DNA from: Cenarchaeum sp.
Lineage (GTDB): Archaea; Thermoproteota; Nitrososphaeria; Nitrososphaerales; Nitrosopumilaceae
NCBI GenBank assembly: GCA_965206845.1
Contig: OZ242221.1
Location: 672,001-736,000 of the forward strand
Direction of reading: 5' to 3'
Length of the DNA: 64,000 nucleotides
In this document: piece after piece, positions 50,852 to 61,234 of the stretch
How positions within the stretch are numbered: position 1 is the stretch's first letter
How the letters are laid out: each line of letters starts with the position of its first letter
Made by a program: the position numbers and the translations under genes
Notes under the pieces: model-generated
Told to the model about the DNA's origin: nothing
What the model saw: the letters and a program-made list of their open reading frames with translations, nothing else
The model's database searches: none

Positions 50852-52006
50852 CTAGAAAAAGTCAGACAGTGTTCTCTGCTTTTTGAGCGATGCGATCATG
50901 CCGTGCTCCAGCCACTCCTTCCTGCTTATGCTCATGGGGCGCGCGGCCTCGTCCAGGGCCTGCTCAAAGCTGCCGGGCGTCGAGAACCCCTGCCGCATTG
51001 CAGCCCTTACCCCCTCCCGCACCTGCCACACACCCACGGGAATCGAGTACTCTGGACGTATCTCCCGGAGCACCAGCGCGCCTGCCTGGATCCTGTGCTC
51101 TGTCAGGTACTCGGCCACTGCCAGCCTGGCAGCAAAGTAGGCTCCCGCAATGGACGGCGTGCGGCGCATTCCCCGAAAGTCCTCGTGATCCGCACCAAAG
51201 CCCATCGCGCCGTTGGAGTACCAGGCCTCGATCATCTCGTACAGCCACCGGTGCGGGAACAATATCACCGAGAAGAGGTTCCCCAGATGCTCAAAGTGAA
51301 ACACCCTGTGCTCGTCTAGCACCGAATGATCCAGGGCCTGCTTTATCAGATGGGACGATATGATACTGTCGGTGGCAGTTATGCTCCACCTAGTGGGAAC
51401 CAGCCTTCTCCTCCTTCCCACCATTCCGATGCTAAAGCACTTCTGAATACGGGAGATATCCACGCCGCTATCGTAGAGGTGTAGCACCGCGTCCTGCGCC
51501 ATCAGATCCTTGTCATAGTACACCTGCTGGACCTTTCTGTGGGATGTCGTGTTGGCGAACTTGGCGGATTTGATCTCGCCTACCGGCCCGAAGGGGGCGC
51601 TGTGGCCGTCAAGGTGCACCAACGGTGTGGCCGCCCTGCGAAACTGCAGCTCCGAGTCTGCCGGCCCGTCTGACATTGCCATCTCTTGCAGCGCCTCGAT
51701 GTACCTGCCCTGTGGATCATCTGCCCTGACCCTCTGGACCCCGCGCACCAGGCTGAGGCGGTACTTTACAATCTCGTCCAAGCTCTTCCCAAGCCACCGC
51801 TCAGGCGCGTCCAGTATGGCGGTGTCCCCGTGGTCCGGCGGCACCATGGGGCCGACGTTTACCCTGGGGTAGCTGCGCGCGCCCACAAACACGGATGGCG
51901 GACTCGAGCCGCTGAGGGAGTTTGACGAGAACAGGCCATCGTACTTTGAGAGTATCATGTTCCATCGAAGCTCAAGCGATCTGCGGATATCCTGCGAGTT
52001 TTGCAT
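50852..52006 (-). CDS. nreA: Archaeal DNA repair protein Nre
   Basis: GSSPPSVFVG, LVPTRWSITATD, PVGVWQVRE and C-terminal PIP box QRTLSDFF. Confidence 0.9.
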   Translation of the reverse strand: MQNSQDIRRSLELRWNMILSKYDGLFSSNSLSGSSPPSVFVGARSYPRVNVGPMVPPDHGDTAILDAPERWLGKSLDEIVKYRLSLVRGVQRVRADDPQGRYIEALQEMAMSDGPADSELQFRRAATPLVHLDGHSAPFGPVGEIKSAKFANTTSHRKVQQVYYDKDLMAQDAVLHLYDSGVDISRIQKCFSIGMVGRRRRLVPTRWSITATDSIISSHLIKQALDHSVLDEHRVFHFEHLGNLFSVILFPHRWLYEMIEAWYSNGAMGFGADHEDFRGMRRTPSIAGAYFAARLAVAEYLTEHRIQAGALVLREIRPEYSIPVGVWQVREGVRAAMRQGFSTPGSFEQALDEAARPMSISRKEWLEHGMIASLKKQRTLSDFF

Positions 52007-52121
52007 GTGTGGTTCTTGGACTGCACACCGTATAAAGATGGCATGACACCATCCTGGCAGGACGCCGGTTCCGCATCCGGCTGCCAGCGAGGTTTAAACG
52101 GAGCTGCCGCAAAACCAGTGT

Positions 52122-53042
52122 ATGCCCATCAGGAGAATCGTATCGTTTCTTCCAAGCGCCACAGAGCTCATCTACGAGCTGGGAGTGCAAGACATGCTGT
52201 TTGGAGTGACGCACGAGTGTCTGTACCCTGCAGATGCCGCATCAAAGCCGCGGGTCATCTCCGCTGTGTTTGATCCACAGCACATGTCAAGCCGGGAGAT
52301 CGACGAGAAGACCCGCAGCCTGATGGAGGGAGGCCACGACATATTCAGGCTTGACGAGGATGTCCTCTGCGCTGCCAGGCCGGACCTCATAGTGTCCCAG
52401 AACACATGCCAGGTCTGCGCCGCGCATACAGGCCAGGTGGATGCGGCCCTGAAGGCGCTTCCCCAAAAGCCCCGCGTCCACTCTATGGATCCTCACAGCA
52501 TGGGGGAGATACTGGATGGCATCGTGGAGTTTGCAGAGATGGTGGGGGTGCCAGAGCGCGGCCGGAGGCTGCGCGCGTCACTGGAGGATCGAATTCGCAC
52601 CGTTACGGGGAGGCTGGCAGGCTCCACGCCCCGGGTGCTGGCGCTGGAGTGGCTTGATCCGTTCTTTACCGCGGGGCATTGGGTTCCTGAGATGATCGGG
52701 GCAGCCGGCGGGCAGAATCTCGTCAGCGGCACCGGTGAGCACTCCAGAGTCATGCCGTTTGATGAGATAGCCGCAGCAGATCCGGACATCATGCTGCTCA
52801 TGCCGTGCGGGTTTGATACGCGGCGCACCGCATCAGACTACCGCAGTGTGCTGCAGGACAGAAAGGACTGGCAGGGTCTGAGGGCCGTAGAGGACGGCCA
52901 GGTATATGCCCTGGATGCGAACTCGTACTTTAGCAAGCCCGGCATAAGGACGGTTACCGGAATCGAGGTTCTGGCAGGGATACTCCACCCCGGGGCGTCA
53001 GCAGACATCCCGGTTCCCGCAGGCTCCTCTGAGAGGGTCTAG
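52122..53042 (+). CDS. Cobalamin/iron ABC substrate-binding-like protein (BtuF-like)
   Basis: RIVSFLPSATE, GVTHEC and GHWVPEMI motifs. Confidence 0.85.
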   Translation: MPIRRIVSFLPSATELIYELGVQDMLFGVTHECLYPADAASKPRVISAVFDPQHMSSREIDEKTRSLMEGGHDIFRLDEDVLCAARPDLIVSQNTCQVCAAHTGQVDAALKALPQKPRVHSMDPHSMGEILDGIVEFAEMVGVPERGRRLRASLEDRIRTVTGRLAGSTPRVLALEWLDPFFTAGHWVPEMIGAAGGQNLVSGTGEHSRVMPFDEIAAADPDIMLLMPCGFDTRRTASDYRSVLQDRKDWQGLRAVEDGQVYALDANSYFSKPGIRTVTGIEVLAGILHPGASADIPVPAGSSERV

Positions 53043-53515
53043 TTGCTCAGCCGGCACTCCACGGCCAGGGATCTGGTGGTGGTGTAGTACGTGATCAGGA
53101 GGAGCGCGATCGCGGCTATTCGCAGCGGTATCTCATAGTTTGAGACAAAGGCAGACGCGGTAGCGCCGACGCTTCCAAAGGTCGAGATGATAGCAAAGCC
53201 GACAGGCCCGCAACTGCAGGCGCCGGCAACGGCCCCTACTATCGAGCCTGCCACGCCTCCGCCCATCTTCCTTCTGGAGCTGCGTAGAACCCTTATCCGG
53301 TATACGTTCATCGGGAGCACTACTGCCGAGAGAGCCGAGAGTACGACTATCAGGGCCAGTCCGAGCTCGCCGTCCTGCGGTATGTGGCCCACAAAGTACG
53401 GCTCCAAAAAGACGTACTCGGAGAGCAGCAGAAGCGGAAACAGGAGACCCGCGAAGATGACCAGCGCAAGTACCGCATACCCCGTACTTGAAAAGACCAC
53501 TCTCGTTGCGTTCAA
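53039..53515 (-). CDS. Hypothetical membrane protein with CSC motif
   Basis: Four TM segments, GACSCG possible metal-binding site. Confidence 0.7.
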   Translation of the reverse strand: MNATRVVFSSTGYAVLALVIFAGLLFPLLLLSEYVFLEPYFVGHIPQDGELGLALIVVLSALSAVVLPMNVYRIRVLRSSRRKMGGGVAGSIVGAVAGACSCGPVGFAIISTFGSVGATASAFVSNYEIPLRIAAIALLLITYYTTTRSLAVECRLSN

Positions 53516-53661
53516 TATGCCACAGATGCGAGGGGGTTGGATTTAGACTATTTGTTTTTGCCACCAGAGCCCGTGCCCAAATCCGATAGGCGGTACCGAA
53601 TAGCCTGCAATGGCTCTGCCGCTGCAACGAACACATGTGCAGGACTGCATGCTGGAGCGGC

Positions 53662-55330
53662 CTACCACCCAAGTACATCGTAGTACGACCGGGGGACGTA
53701 CTCTTTCATCGAGAGGAGAAGCTGCCAGGCGGCCCCGTCAAGAACGTGGGTATCGCAGTAGTCGCTCTCGTTTCGAACAGAGCGGCCAAAGCCCTGCAGG
53801 AGTTTCACCAGGGTGGCATACCGGTACCAGTCCCGATCTCTTTGCGCCTTGACCTTTGTCCTCTTGTCTGCCATGGACAGGTACGGCGTCTTTACTATAA
53901 TCTGAAAGCGGGACAGGTCGTCCTTCAGGTCAACGCCGTACCAGAGTGACGGCGACGCAAGAACGTTGGGACGGTGCGTCTTGGCGTGGGCATCAAGAAC
54001 GGCTGCCCTCTTTCCCTCCACGCCTTCGTGGGCAATCGAGACCCGACTGCCGACAAGGCTCTGCAGGTCGCCGCACTGCCTCTTTGTGGTGGTAAGTACC
54101 AGGCCCTTCTTGTCGCGGTACTGGTTCATGATCTCCTCGGCCTTGCGGTACACGGCATCGTAGTCCTCTGCAGTGGATCTGTAGTTGAGCCACCTCACGT
54201 TGTGGAACTTGATCCTTCTGCTTCTCGCCGGAAACGGCGACAACGGCACCTCGACAAAGGCGCACTCAGACTCGGGCATGTCCATCGTTTTACAGAACCT
54301 TCCCTTGTGAATTGTTGCGCTCATGAAGAGCTGGTGCGGCATATCAAAGAACTGTTTGGTGTACTTGCCCACCTCTATGGGCTTGATCGATATCTTCGTC
54401 ACATTGTCTGAAAAATCCCTGTGCTCCTGCACCACAAAGTTCTCAGGATCCTCCTTGATCTCCATGATGGACGTGTCTATCGACTCCCTTCTCCCCCGGA
54501 GCCTCAGCGTCTGGTCCGTGCGCGGGTCGTCTGCCTCTAGCCTCTGTATTATTCTGGTGTAGCCGTCCCCCAGGGCATCCATTATCTCAAGCGTGCCGTC
54601 TATGGTGCCCGTTACAAAGTCCGCAAACTGCAGTTTCACGTCTTCCATGTATGATGGCAGGATGTCCAGCCCGATGTACCCTATGATCTGGTTCTCTATC
54701 TCGTGCGCCTCGTCGGCCACCAGGCACTTGCGCTCCAGATACTCCGCCATTCCCTTGGAGTAGAGGCGCGTCTGAAAGTACGACGAGTAGTTGAATAGCG
54801 CGTGGGTTGCCAGCAGTGCCTGGAACTTTTGGTTGTAGTAGTGGCATGTCTCCTTTATCGGCTCTGAGATCCGCTCGTCCTCGGTGCCCTGGTTGAAGAC
54901 CGCCAGCATGGACATGGAGGGCTTGTACTTGCAGTACTCGGTCTCCTTTTTGCCTGCAGGCGTCTTTGTCTCCCAAGAGCACACCCCAAAGTTGCAGCCC
55001 AGCCTAGGATCCCGCGCGGCGTCATTGTAGGATATGCCGGTGCGCTTGTATATCTCAAGGCACGGAAAGTTGGACATGCCCTTCATGGGGTACACAAACT
55101 CAAAGTCCCGCGTGTACTGGTCCTGCAGTATCTTCTGCGCAGTCACTATAAACGACGAGCCCAGCGACTTTGCCACGGTCATTGCAATGTGTGACTTGCC
55201 CACGCCCGTTGGCATGCACAGCAGGATGTTCTTGTATCCTGATTTGATGGCGGAGTCGATATCGACTATGACCTTCCTCTGAATTGGTCTGGGCGTGTAC
55301 TTGCTGGGAAAGTGCTCCAAAAGCATCATA
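53662..55330 (-). CDS. DinG/XPD-like ATP-dependent helicase
   Basis: PTGVGKS, DEAH, MSAT, GVDL and QGFGRSVR motifs; start near 55327-55330. Confidence 0.88.
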
Positions 55331-55481
55331 GCTGCAGGCTCGACGTGAGCTGGTATTATTGCTTTGGCAAAAGTGAGGCTACCTGCCCCACCGGGCCAAT
55401 CGTGAAGGCACGGCCGGGCGCACAAACCCGCACCCGAGATACGTGTTCAGACTTTTATCTTGGCAGTGGTAAAGTCTCCGA

Positions 55482-57251
55482 GTGCAGTTCTCCGTTTTAT
55501 CAGACATATTCGAAGAGATGGAAAAGACCGCCAAGAGGCTTGAGCTTACAGACCACCTGGTGCGCCTCTTTGAGCAGACGCCCGTCGACGTGATCGCAAG
55601 AATCGTCTACCTGATACAGGGAAAGCTAAGACCCGACTATGAGGGGATTGAGCTGGGCGTGGCAGAGAAGATGGCCATACGGGCCATCTCCAAATCGTCA
55701 GGTACTCCCGTCAACAAGGTCGAGGCGGCGTACAGGGAGAGCGGGGATCTTGGCGACGCCGCGTCATCCATACTAAGGCAGAAGGCGCAGACCACCTTTG
55801 TCATGGAGGACATCACCGTGGAGAGGGTGTATGAGACCCTGGTCCGGATTGCAAAGCTGGGAGGATCCAGGTCGCAGGACATGAAGATAAAGTACATCTC
55901 AAGCCTGCTCAACGACGCCAGCCCCAAGGAGGCCAGCTTCATCCTCAAGCTCCTGCTGAACACGCTGCGACTGGGCATAGCCGAGAACACCGTAATGGAC
56001 GGACTGGCCGTGGCCTTTACCGGTGACAAGGGCAACAGGAAGATACTCGAGAGGGCGTACAACGTATCAAGCGATCTGGGACTTGTGGCAGAGACCGTTG
56101 CCAGGGACGGCATAAAGGGGATGGAGTCGTTTCAGGTACGGGTCTTCAGCCCCGTCAGACCCATGCTGGCAGACAGGGTAAAGAGCGAGAGCGGGGCCAT
56201 GGAGAAGATGGAGGGACCGTTCAGCGCAGAGTACAAGCTGGACGGGGAGAGGGTGCAGGTTCACGTCCAAGGCAGGAACGTGACGCTCTTCTCACGCAGC
56301 CTGGAGAACATTACAGAGTACTACCCGGACATAGTTGAGAAAATTCCCGGGACTCTCAGGACCCGGGAGGCGATACTGGAGGCAGAGGCCGTGGCCATAA
56401 ACGAGGACACCGGCGAGTTTCTTCCCTTTCAGGAGCTGATGCACCGGCGGCGCAAGCACCAGCGGGAGAAGGCGGTTCTCGAGTATCCCATCACGGTAAA
56501 CTTTTTTGACATCCTTCTGGCCGACGGCAAGAGCTGCCTTGACAAGCAGTACTCGGAGCGGAGAAGTCTGCTGGAGGAGATGGTGATGCCAGACGAGTTT
56601 GCAAGGAACATTCCCATGAAACCGGTCCACAGCAGGGACGAGATCGAGGACTTTATGGAGAACAGCATAAACGCCGGATGCGAGGGCCTGATGCTGAAGC
56701 TCGACGGGGCGCCGTACCGGGCAGGATCCCGCGGCAGCCTCTGGCTGAAGCTCAAGCGCGAGTACAGAAACGAGCTGGGAGACAGCCTTGATCTCGTTGT
56801 GATCGGGGCATTTACAGGCAAGGGCAGGAGAACCGGAAGGTACGGCACCCTGCTGCTGGCCACGTACAACGATGAACGGGATACCTTCCCAAGCATCTGC
56901 AAGGTGGGAACCGGGTTCACCGACGAGCACCTGGACACGTTCTACCAGATGCTCTCAGACAGGGTGACGTTGAAGAGGAATGCCAGGATCGAGAGCGAGA
57001 TGGTGGCAGATGTATGGTTTGAGCCCGAGACGGTGATCGAGGTGGTGGCATCAGAGATTACCCTCAGCCCCATCCACAAGTCCGCCATGGATTCCATCCG
57101 GAGCGGAAGCGGGCTGGCGCTCAGGTTCCCCAAGTTTACCGGAAAGATCAGGTCAGAGAAGATAGCCGAGGATGCATCCACCGACGAGGAGGTCGTGGCG
57201 CTGTACAAGAGCCAGAAGAAGACGGTGCGCGACTCGCAGTCCCACACGTGA
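55482..57251 (+). CDS. lig: ATP-dependent DNA ligase
   Basis: EYKLDGER, EGLMLK, WLKLK and LRFP motifs. Confidence 0.97.
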   Translation: MQFSVLSDIFEEMEKTAKRLELTDHLVRLFEQTPVDVIARIVYLIQGKLRPDYEGIELGVAEKMAIRAISKSSGTPVNKVEAAYRESGDLGDAASSILRQKAQTTFVMEDITVERVYETLVRIAKLGGSRSQDMKIKYISSLLNDASPKEASFILKLLLNTLRLGIAENTVMDGLAVAFTGDKGNRKILERAYNVSSDLGLVAETVARDGIKGMESFQVRVFSPVRPMLADRVKSESGAMEKMEGPFSAEYKLDGERVQVHVQGRNVTLFSRSLENITEYYPDIVEKIPGTLRTREAILEAEAVAINEDTGEFLPFQELMHRRRKHQREKAVLEYPITVNFFDILLADGKSCLDKQYSERRSLLEEMVMPDEFARNIPMKPVHSRDEIEDFMENSINAGCEGLMLKLDGAPYRAGSRGSLWLKLKREYRNELGDSLDLVVIGAFTGKGRRTGRYGTLLLATYNDERDTFPSICKVGTGFTDEHLDTFYQMLSDRVTLKRNARIESEMVADVWFEPETVIEVVASEITLSPIHKSAMDSIRSGSGLALRFPKFTGKIRSEKIAEDASTDEEVVALYKSQKKTVRDSQSHT

Positions 57252-57432
57252 GGCCGCAGTCCGGCGCTGCGACACGAAAGACTAGGCCCGCGCATGTGGC
57301 CACATCCACGCCTCGTCCAGGCACGAGGATACACGTTTGAGCAGATACCTGCGCCCGGCCCGATGCGGCAGGCGGACCCACACACACAGGCATGCCAAAG
57401 CTTTATCTTAAAAATAGTCAGGAATGTGACAA

Positions 57433-58185
57433 ATGAAGACAAAGGTGTTTGCACTTGCAGGAGCGGCGGCAGTCGTAGCTGTTCTGGCAGCCGCTCTGGC
57501 GTACACTGACACACCGCCGCAGACCAGATACGAAGAGTCCAACCTGCAGATAAGGGAGGCCCTTGCACAAGAGCAGATCAGCATGTCGGCGCCGATCAAC
57601 CTGTCCACCCAAGATCTGATAGAGCAGTTCTGCTATCCGTTCATCGACGAGGCAAACCCAGTTCTCTCACAGGAAGGGTCGATGGGACGCATCATAATCA
57701 GCAGCGCAAGTGCAGGCAGGAATGTCCCGATACAGTACTGCACGTCCACGGAGATCGTTGGAACCGCAGAAGAGTTTCTTGGCAACGTGCACATGGCAGG
57801 ATCCTCAGACGAGCCCACCATTGCAATAGGCGCGATCCAAGTGAGCCACACGCAGAGCTTTGAGGACATGGCGGTGGTCTTTGAGTCAATGGTGCAGGTT
57901 CTTGCGTGCGACTGCTGGGAGGAGGCGCAGGCACTATCCATGCCCCCTGCCTGGGACACCGAGGGCGGCAGCGTTGGTGACTGGCAGGCCGAGCCCGACA
58001 GGATACCTGACAGATATGAATCCCTGTACGACATGATATGGGACATCAACACAAGGCACCAGCAGAGCGAGCTTGCAGAGCCCCTGACCGTCTCAAACAT
58101 AATCGAGCTGGAGGGAAGGATGATCCAGATCATACTGCTCCCAAATCCACAGGGAATCGAGTGGCAGATGCGCATCGTGCTCTGA
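57433..58185 (+). CDS. Hypothetical exported protein
   Basis: Signal-like N-terminus; QYCTSTE...LGNVHM.G...CDCWE pattern. Confidence 0.7.
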   Translation: MKTKVFALAGAAAVVAVLAAALAYTDTPPQTRYEESNLQIREALAQEQISMSAPINLSTQDLIEQFCYPFIDEANPVLSQEGSMGRIIISSASAGRNVPIQYCTSTEIVGTAEEFLGNVHMAGSSDEPTIAIGAIQVSHTQSFEDMAVVFESMVQVLACDCWEEAQALSMPPAWDTEGGSVGDWQAEPDRIPDRYESLYDMIWDINTRHQQSELAEPLTVSNIIELEGRMIQIILLPNPQGIEWQMRIVL

Positions 58186-58238
58186 GGGATGCTGCACCGC
58201 ACGCAAGCACAATATAGAATGGAGTTTATTTTGGCATC

Positions 58239-59063
58239 ATGCTTGAAGAGATGTGGCTGATCCTGTTGGGGTTTGGAGCCGGGGCCATAGGATCCATGGT
58301 GGGGTTCGGCGGCGGGGTCGTGATAGCGCCCGTCTTGACATTTATGGGATTTCCCCCGGCGCTGGCAGCAAGCAACAGCCTCTTTGGGGCGTTTGGCAAC
58401 ATCAGCGCAGCCGTGCTCACACACACGCTGAAGAGGCGGCTCAAGTACTCGCTGGGCCTGAAGATGGGCCTGGTGTCGGTTCCCGGCACGGTGCTGGGAG
58501 CACTTCTCTCCGGCTATGTGGAGTCAGACGTCTTCAAGGTACTGTTTGGCGTGATACTTGTAGTGATCAGCGCCTACATACTGACCAAGGGCAGGATGAG
58601 GGCGCACTCAACAGGCCATACGTGGCTTGTGGTAGTACTGACGGCAGGCGCCAGCTTCTCTGCTGGAATCGTGTCCAGCTTCTTTGGGGTCGGCGGCGGC
58701 ATCATCTTTGTGCCCCTGATGGTGCTTGTCATGGGAATGACGATGAAGGACGGCGCCGCGGCGGCCCAGCCGGCACTGCTAGTTGCCGCCTTTGCCGGCC
58801 TCGTATCCCACAGCATGCTCGGGCATCCGGACTTTTACCAGGCCATGCTGCTGATGGCTGGGGGCTTTGGGGGCGGACTGCTGGGAGTCAGGGTGTCCCG
58901 TGGGCTTGGGGACAGGCACCTGCGGGTCATCGTATCCGTGCTGATCACTGCGGCTGCCGTCAGGCTCTTCTGGGAGGCGCTAGACGAGATGTACCGCGGG
59001 GGCGCCCTCTTTGCCGTGTACGGACTGCCATCGGAGATCGCAGGATCCGGACTACTTCCGTAG
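58239..59063 (+). CDS. TauE/SafE-family sulfite exporter
   Basis: Duplicated G.GGG motifs, multi-TM. Confidence 0.88.
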   Translation: MLEEMWLILLGFGAGAIGSMVGFGGGVVIAPVLTFMGFPPALAASNSLFGAFGNISAAVLTHTLKRRLKYSLGLKMGLVSVPGTVLGALLSGYVESDVFKVLFGVILVVISAYILTKGRMRAHSTGHTWLVVVLTAGASFSAGIVSSFFGVGGGIIFVPLMVLVMGMTMKDGAAAAQPALLVAAFAGLVSHSMLGHPDFYQAMLLMAGGFGGGLLGVRVSRGLGDRHLRVIVSVLITAAAVRLFWEALDEMYRGGALFAVYGLPSEIAGSGLLP

Positions 59064-59069
59064 AGATGC

Positions 59070-60845
59070 CTATCTTGTCTCATCAACGCAGAACGAGACC
59101 ACGGCGGACGATGCCGCATCCCGGGACAGGGCAAAGTCCAGGGCGGATGCCATCCTCTCGCTGTCAGGCTCCGCTCCGGCAACAGTTCCTGCAAACACAG
59201 AGAAGATCCTGATCCTGGACTTGAGGACATCGCTGAGCTCCTGGTTGACCGTGGCGGTGAACGGGCGCAGCGCCCCGCGGAACACCTCTATCTGCCCGCG
59301 GCGTATGCCAGAGACCCTGCCTGCCGGCATGTCCGGACCCACTATCACAACAGAGCCTGTCGCATCCTTGAACAGCCGCGGGTCTCTGCCTCCCCCGGGC
59401 ACAAAGTACTCCAGGGCGCTCTGGGCCACGGCCGCCGTGCTGGTGATGAACCTGTCTACCAGTCCGTCCCACTGGGATCTTGACAGCCCCACAAGCTTTG
59501 GGAACTCGGGCAGGTTGCCGGTCATGTGAACCACGCCAGCCACCGGTCCCAGTTTTGCGCCCGCGGTGTTAAGCCACCTCAGGATCTCATCGGCGGATGT
59601 GGTGTCCACTACATGTGAGTGAAACTTGTTGGAGATGGACTCGCGATACTCCTGGGGGGTGTCCCCGGACACAAGACATACCGCCTTGCCTCCGCTTTGT
59701 TCTATGTGTGATGCCAGAAACTCCGCCCTCTTTACGTCCGCATCGTCTGCTGCCTGTATGGTAAGGACCACGGCCTTGCCAGCAAGGTCTGGCCGGTGCA
59801 CCGACGGGGCCGCCGCCCCGATGTGCGGCTTGACCGGATAAAACACCCTGTCCCCTGGAACCACCTTGCCGTTGAGTATCGCCGCCATGTCGTCATCACA
59901 CAGATCCAGCACCGTCCGGGCAACCTGCTCTTGGGACAGGAACTGCCTGTCAGCAATCATATGGGATGTGTTTCGCTGAATCTTCTCTGCAATTGCCTGG
60001 ATCTTGTTCAGCAGTCTGGCCAGTATCTGCGTCAGCTCGCCAGCGCTCCTGCCCGTGGACTCGGCCATGCCCTCTGCGGCCTTGGCAATTCCCTGCTCCA
60101 CAACATCAGGGCTCTCCCCCAGCAGACCGACTATCTGCCCGTTGGCCGCGTCCACCTGCTCCGGACTCAGATCCTCAAAGCCGCCAACCCTCATAAACTC
60201 CGAGGCGGCCTTGGGGTAGACGGTCTTGTAGATGCGATCCGAGTGCACCGGCCCGGGGTTTGTGGCAATGGAGATTATCCCCCTGTCTGCAAGCTCCCAA
60301 GACATGGCCTCTGCCAGCCTGTTCTTGGCTCCCTGGGATGCTGTGTACGGGCTACGGAACCTGTAGGGCCTCTGCTCCAGCGGCCTCTCCTCCGTGAAGA
60401 ATGTAGATATCGTGATTATCTTTCCGCCCTTGGCCATTACGTCCAGGGCCCGAACCGAGGTCCAGAAGGTGCCAGTAAGATGGATGCCCACGGTGCTCCC
60501 AAACTCGTCAAGTGGGGCGCTGGCAAAGCAGGTCACCGGACCCGAGACGCCGGCATTATTTACCACGCAGTCCACCGTGATGCCGTCGTCCCTGATTGCG
60601 TCAAACATGCGGTTGACGTTCTCCTCATCGGCCACATCAACTCCGGAGAAGAGCCTGACGGAGGCTCCGCTTCCCACACTGGAGATTATCCCGTTTAGCA
60701 TTCCGGCAGTATCCTCCAGCGGTCCTCGCCTTCTTCCCAAGAGTATGACCGAGGCGCCTCCCTCAACAAATTTTTTGGCGATGGCCTGGCCGATTCCCGT
60801 ACCGCTGCCGGTAACCAACACAGTCTTGCCTTGAAACTTTAACAT
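59070..60845 (-). CDS. Tandem-domain SDR oxidoreductase, malonyl-CoA reductase C-terminal-like
   Basis: TGSGTGIG, NNAG, PYRFRSPY, PGPV.SDR, a helical insert, then a degenerate second Rossmann domain. Confidence 0.8.
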   Translation of the reverse strand: MLKFQGKTVLVTGSGTGIGQAIAKKFVEGGASVILLGRRRGPLEDTAGMLNGIISSVGSGASVRLFSGVDVADEENVNRMFDAIRDDGITVDCVVNNAGVSGPVTCFASAPLDEFGSTVGIHLTGTFWTSVRALDVMAKGGKIITISTFFTEERPLEQRPYRFRSPYTASQGAKNRLAEAMSWELADRGIISIATNPGPVHSDRIYKTVYPKAASEFMRVGGFEDLSPEQVDAANGQIVGLLGESPDVVEQGIAKAAEGMAESTGRSAGELTQILARLLNKIQAIAEKIQRNTSHMIADRQFLSQEQVARTVLDLCDDDMAAILNGKVVPGDRVFYPVKPHIGAAAPSVHRPDLAGKAVVLTIQAADDADVKRAEFLASHIEQSGGKAVCLVSGDTPQEYRESISNKFHSHVVDTTSADEILRWLNTAGAKLGPVAGVVHMTGNLPEFPKLVGLSRSQWDGLVDRFITSTAAVAQSALEYFVPGGGRDPRLFKDATGSVVIVGPDMPAGRVSGIRRGQIEVFRGALRPFTATVNQELSDVLKSRIRIFSVFAGTVAGAEPDSERMASALDFALSRDAASSAVVSFCVDETR

Positions 60846-61094
60846 GAACAGCCTACCGCACGTACAGCATTATTTGTTTGGATATGCACGCAGTGCGCGG
60901 CCCAAGCTGCCTCGAGTATAATGCCGCTCCCACAGTAGCCTTGGGATCCACAAAAGCCGGCCCGGCAGGCTATACGAATCTCTGGACTGCCATAGCATGA
61001 GATTGCATACTGCGTCGAGCCAGGCGCAAAGATTTTCCCGGTGTGCATTTTTCATGTCCGAATGATGGGGGAGTGCGGCCTCGCACGACTGCAT

Positions 61095-61186
61095 GTACAC
61101 ACTCAGGTCCCGCTCGAACCTAGGCACGGTTTTGCGAGACGCGACGCGGTTTTGTGCCTAGAAGGATCGCCGACCTGAGTACATAC
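61095..61186. mobile_element. 92-bp MITE, subfamily B copy 2
   Basis: One substitution relative to 43261-43352; 8-bp duplication GACTGCAT. Confidence 0.9.
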
Positions 61187-61234
61187 GACTGCATGTCTGA
61201 TATCTTTATTTGTGGGATTGCCTGCGTGCACTTA

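Noticed and set aside
49836-58185. Thaumarchaeosortase substrate nearby
   Set aside because: No PEFG-type C-terminal sorting signal seen in the exported proteins of this window
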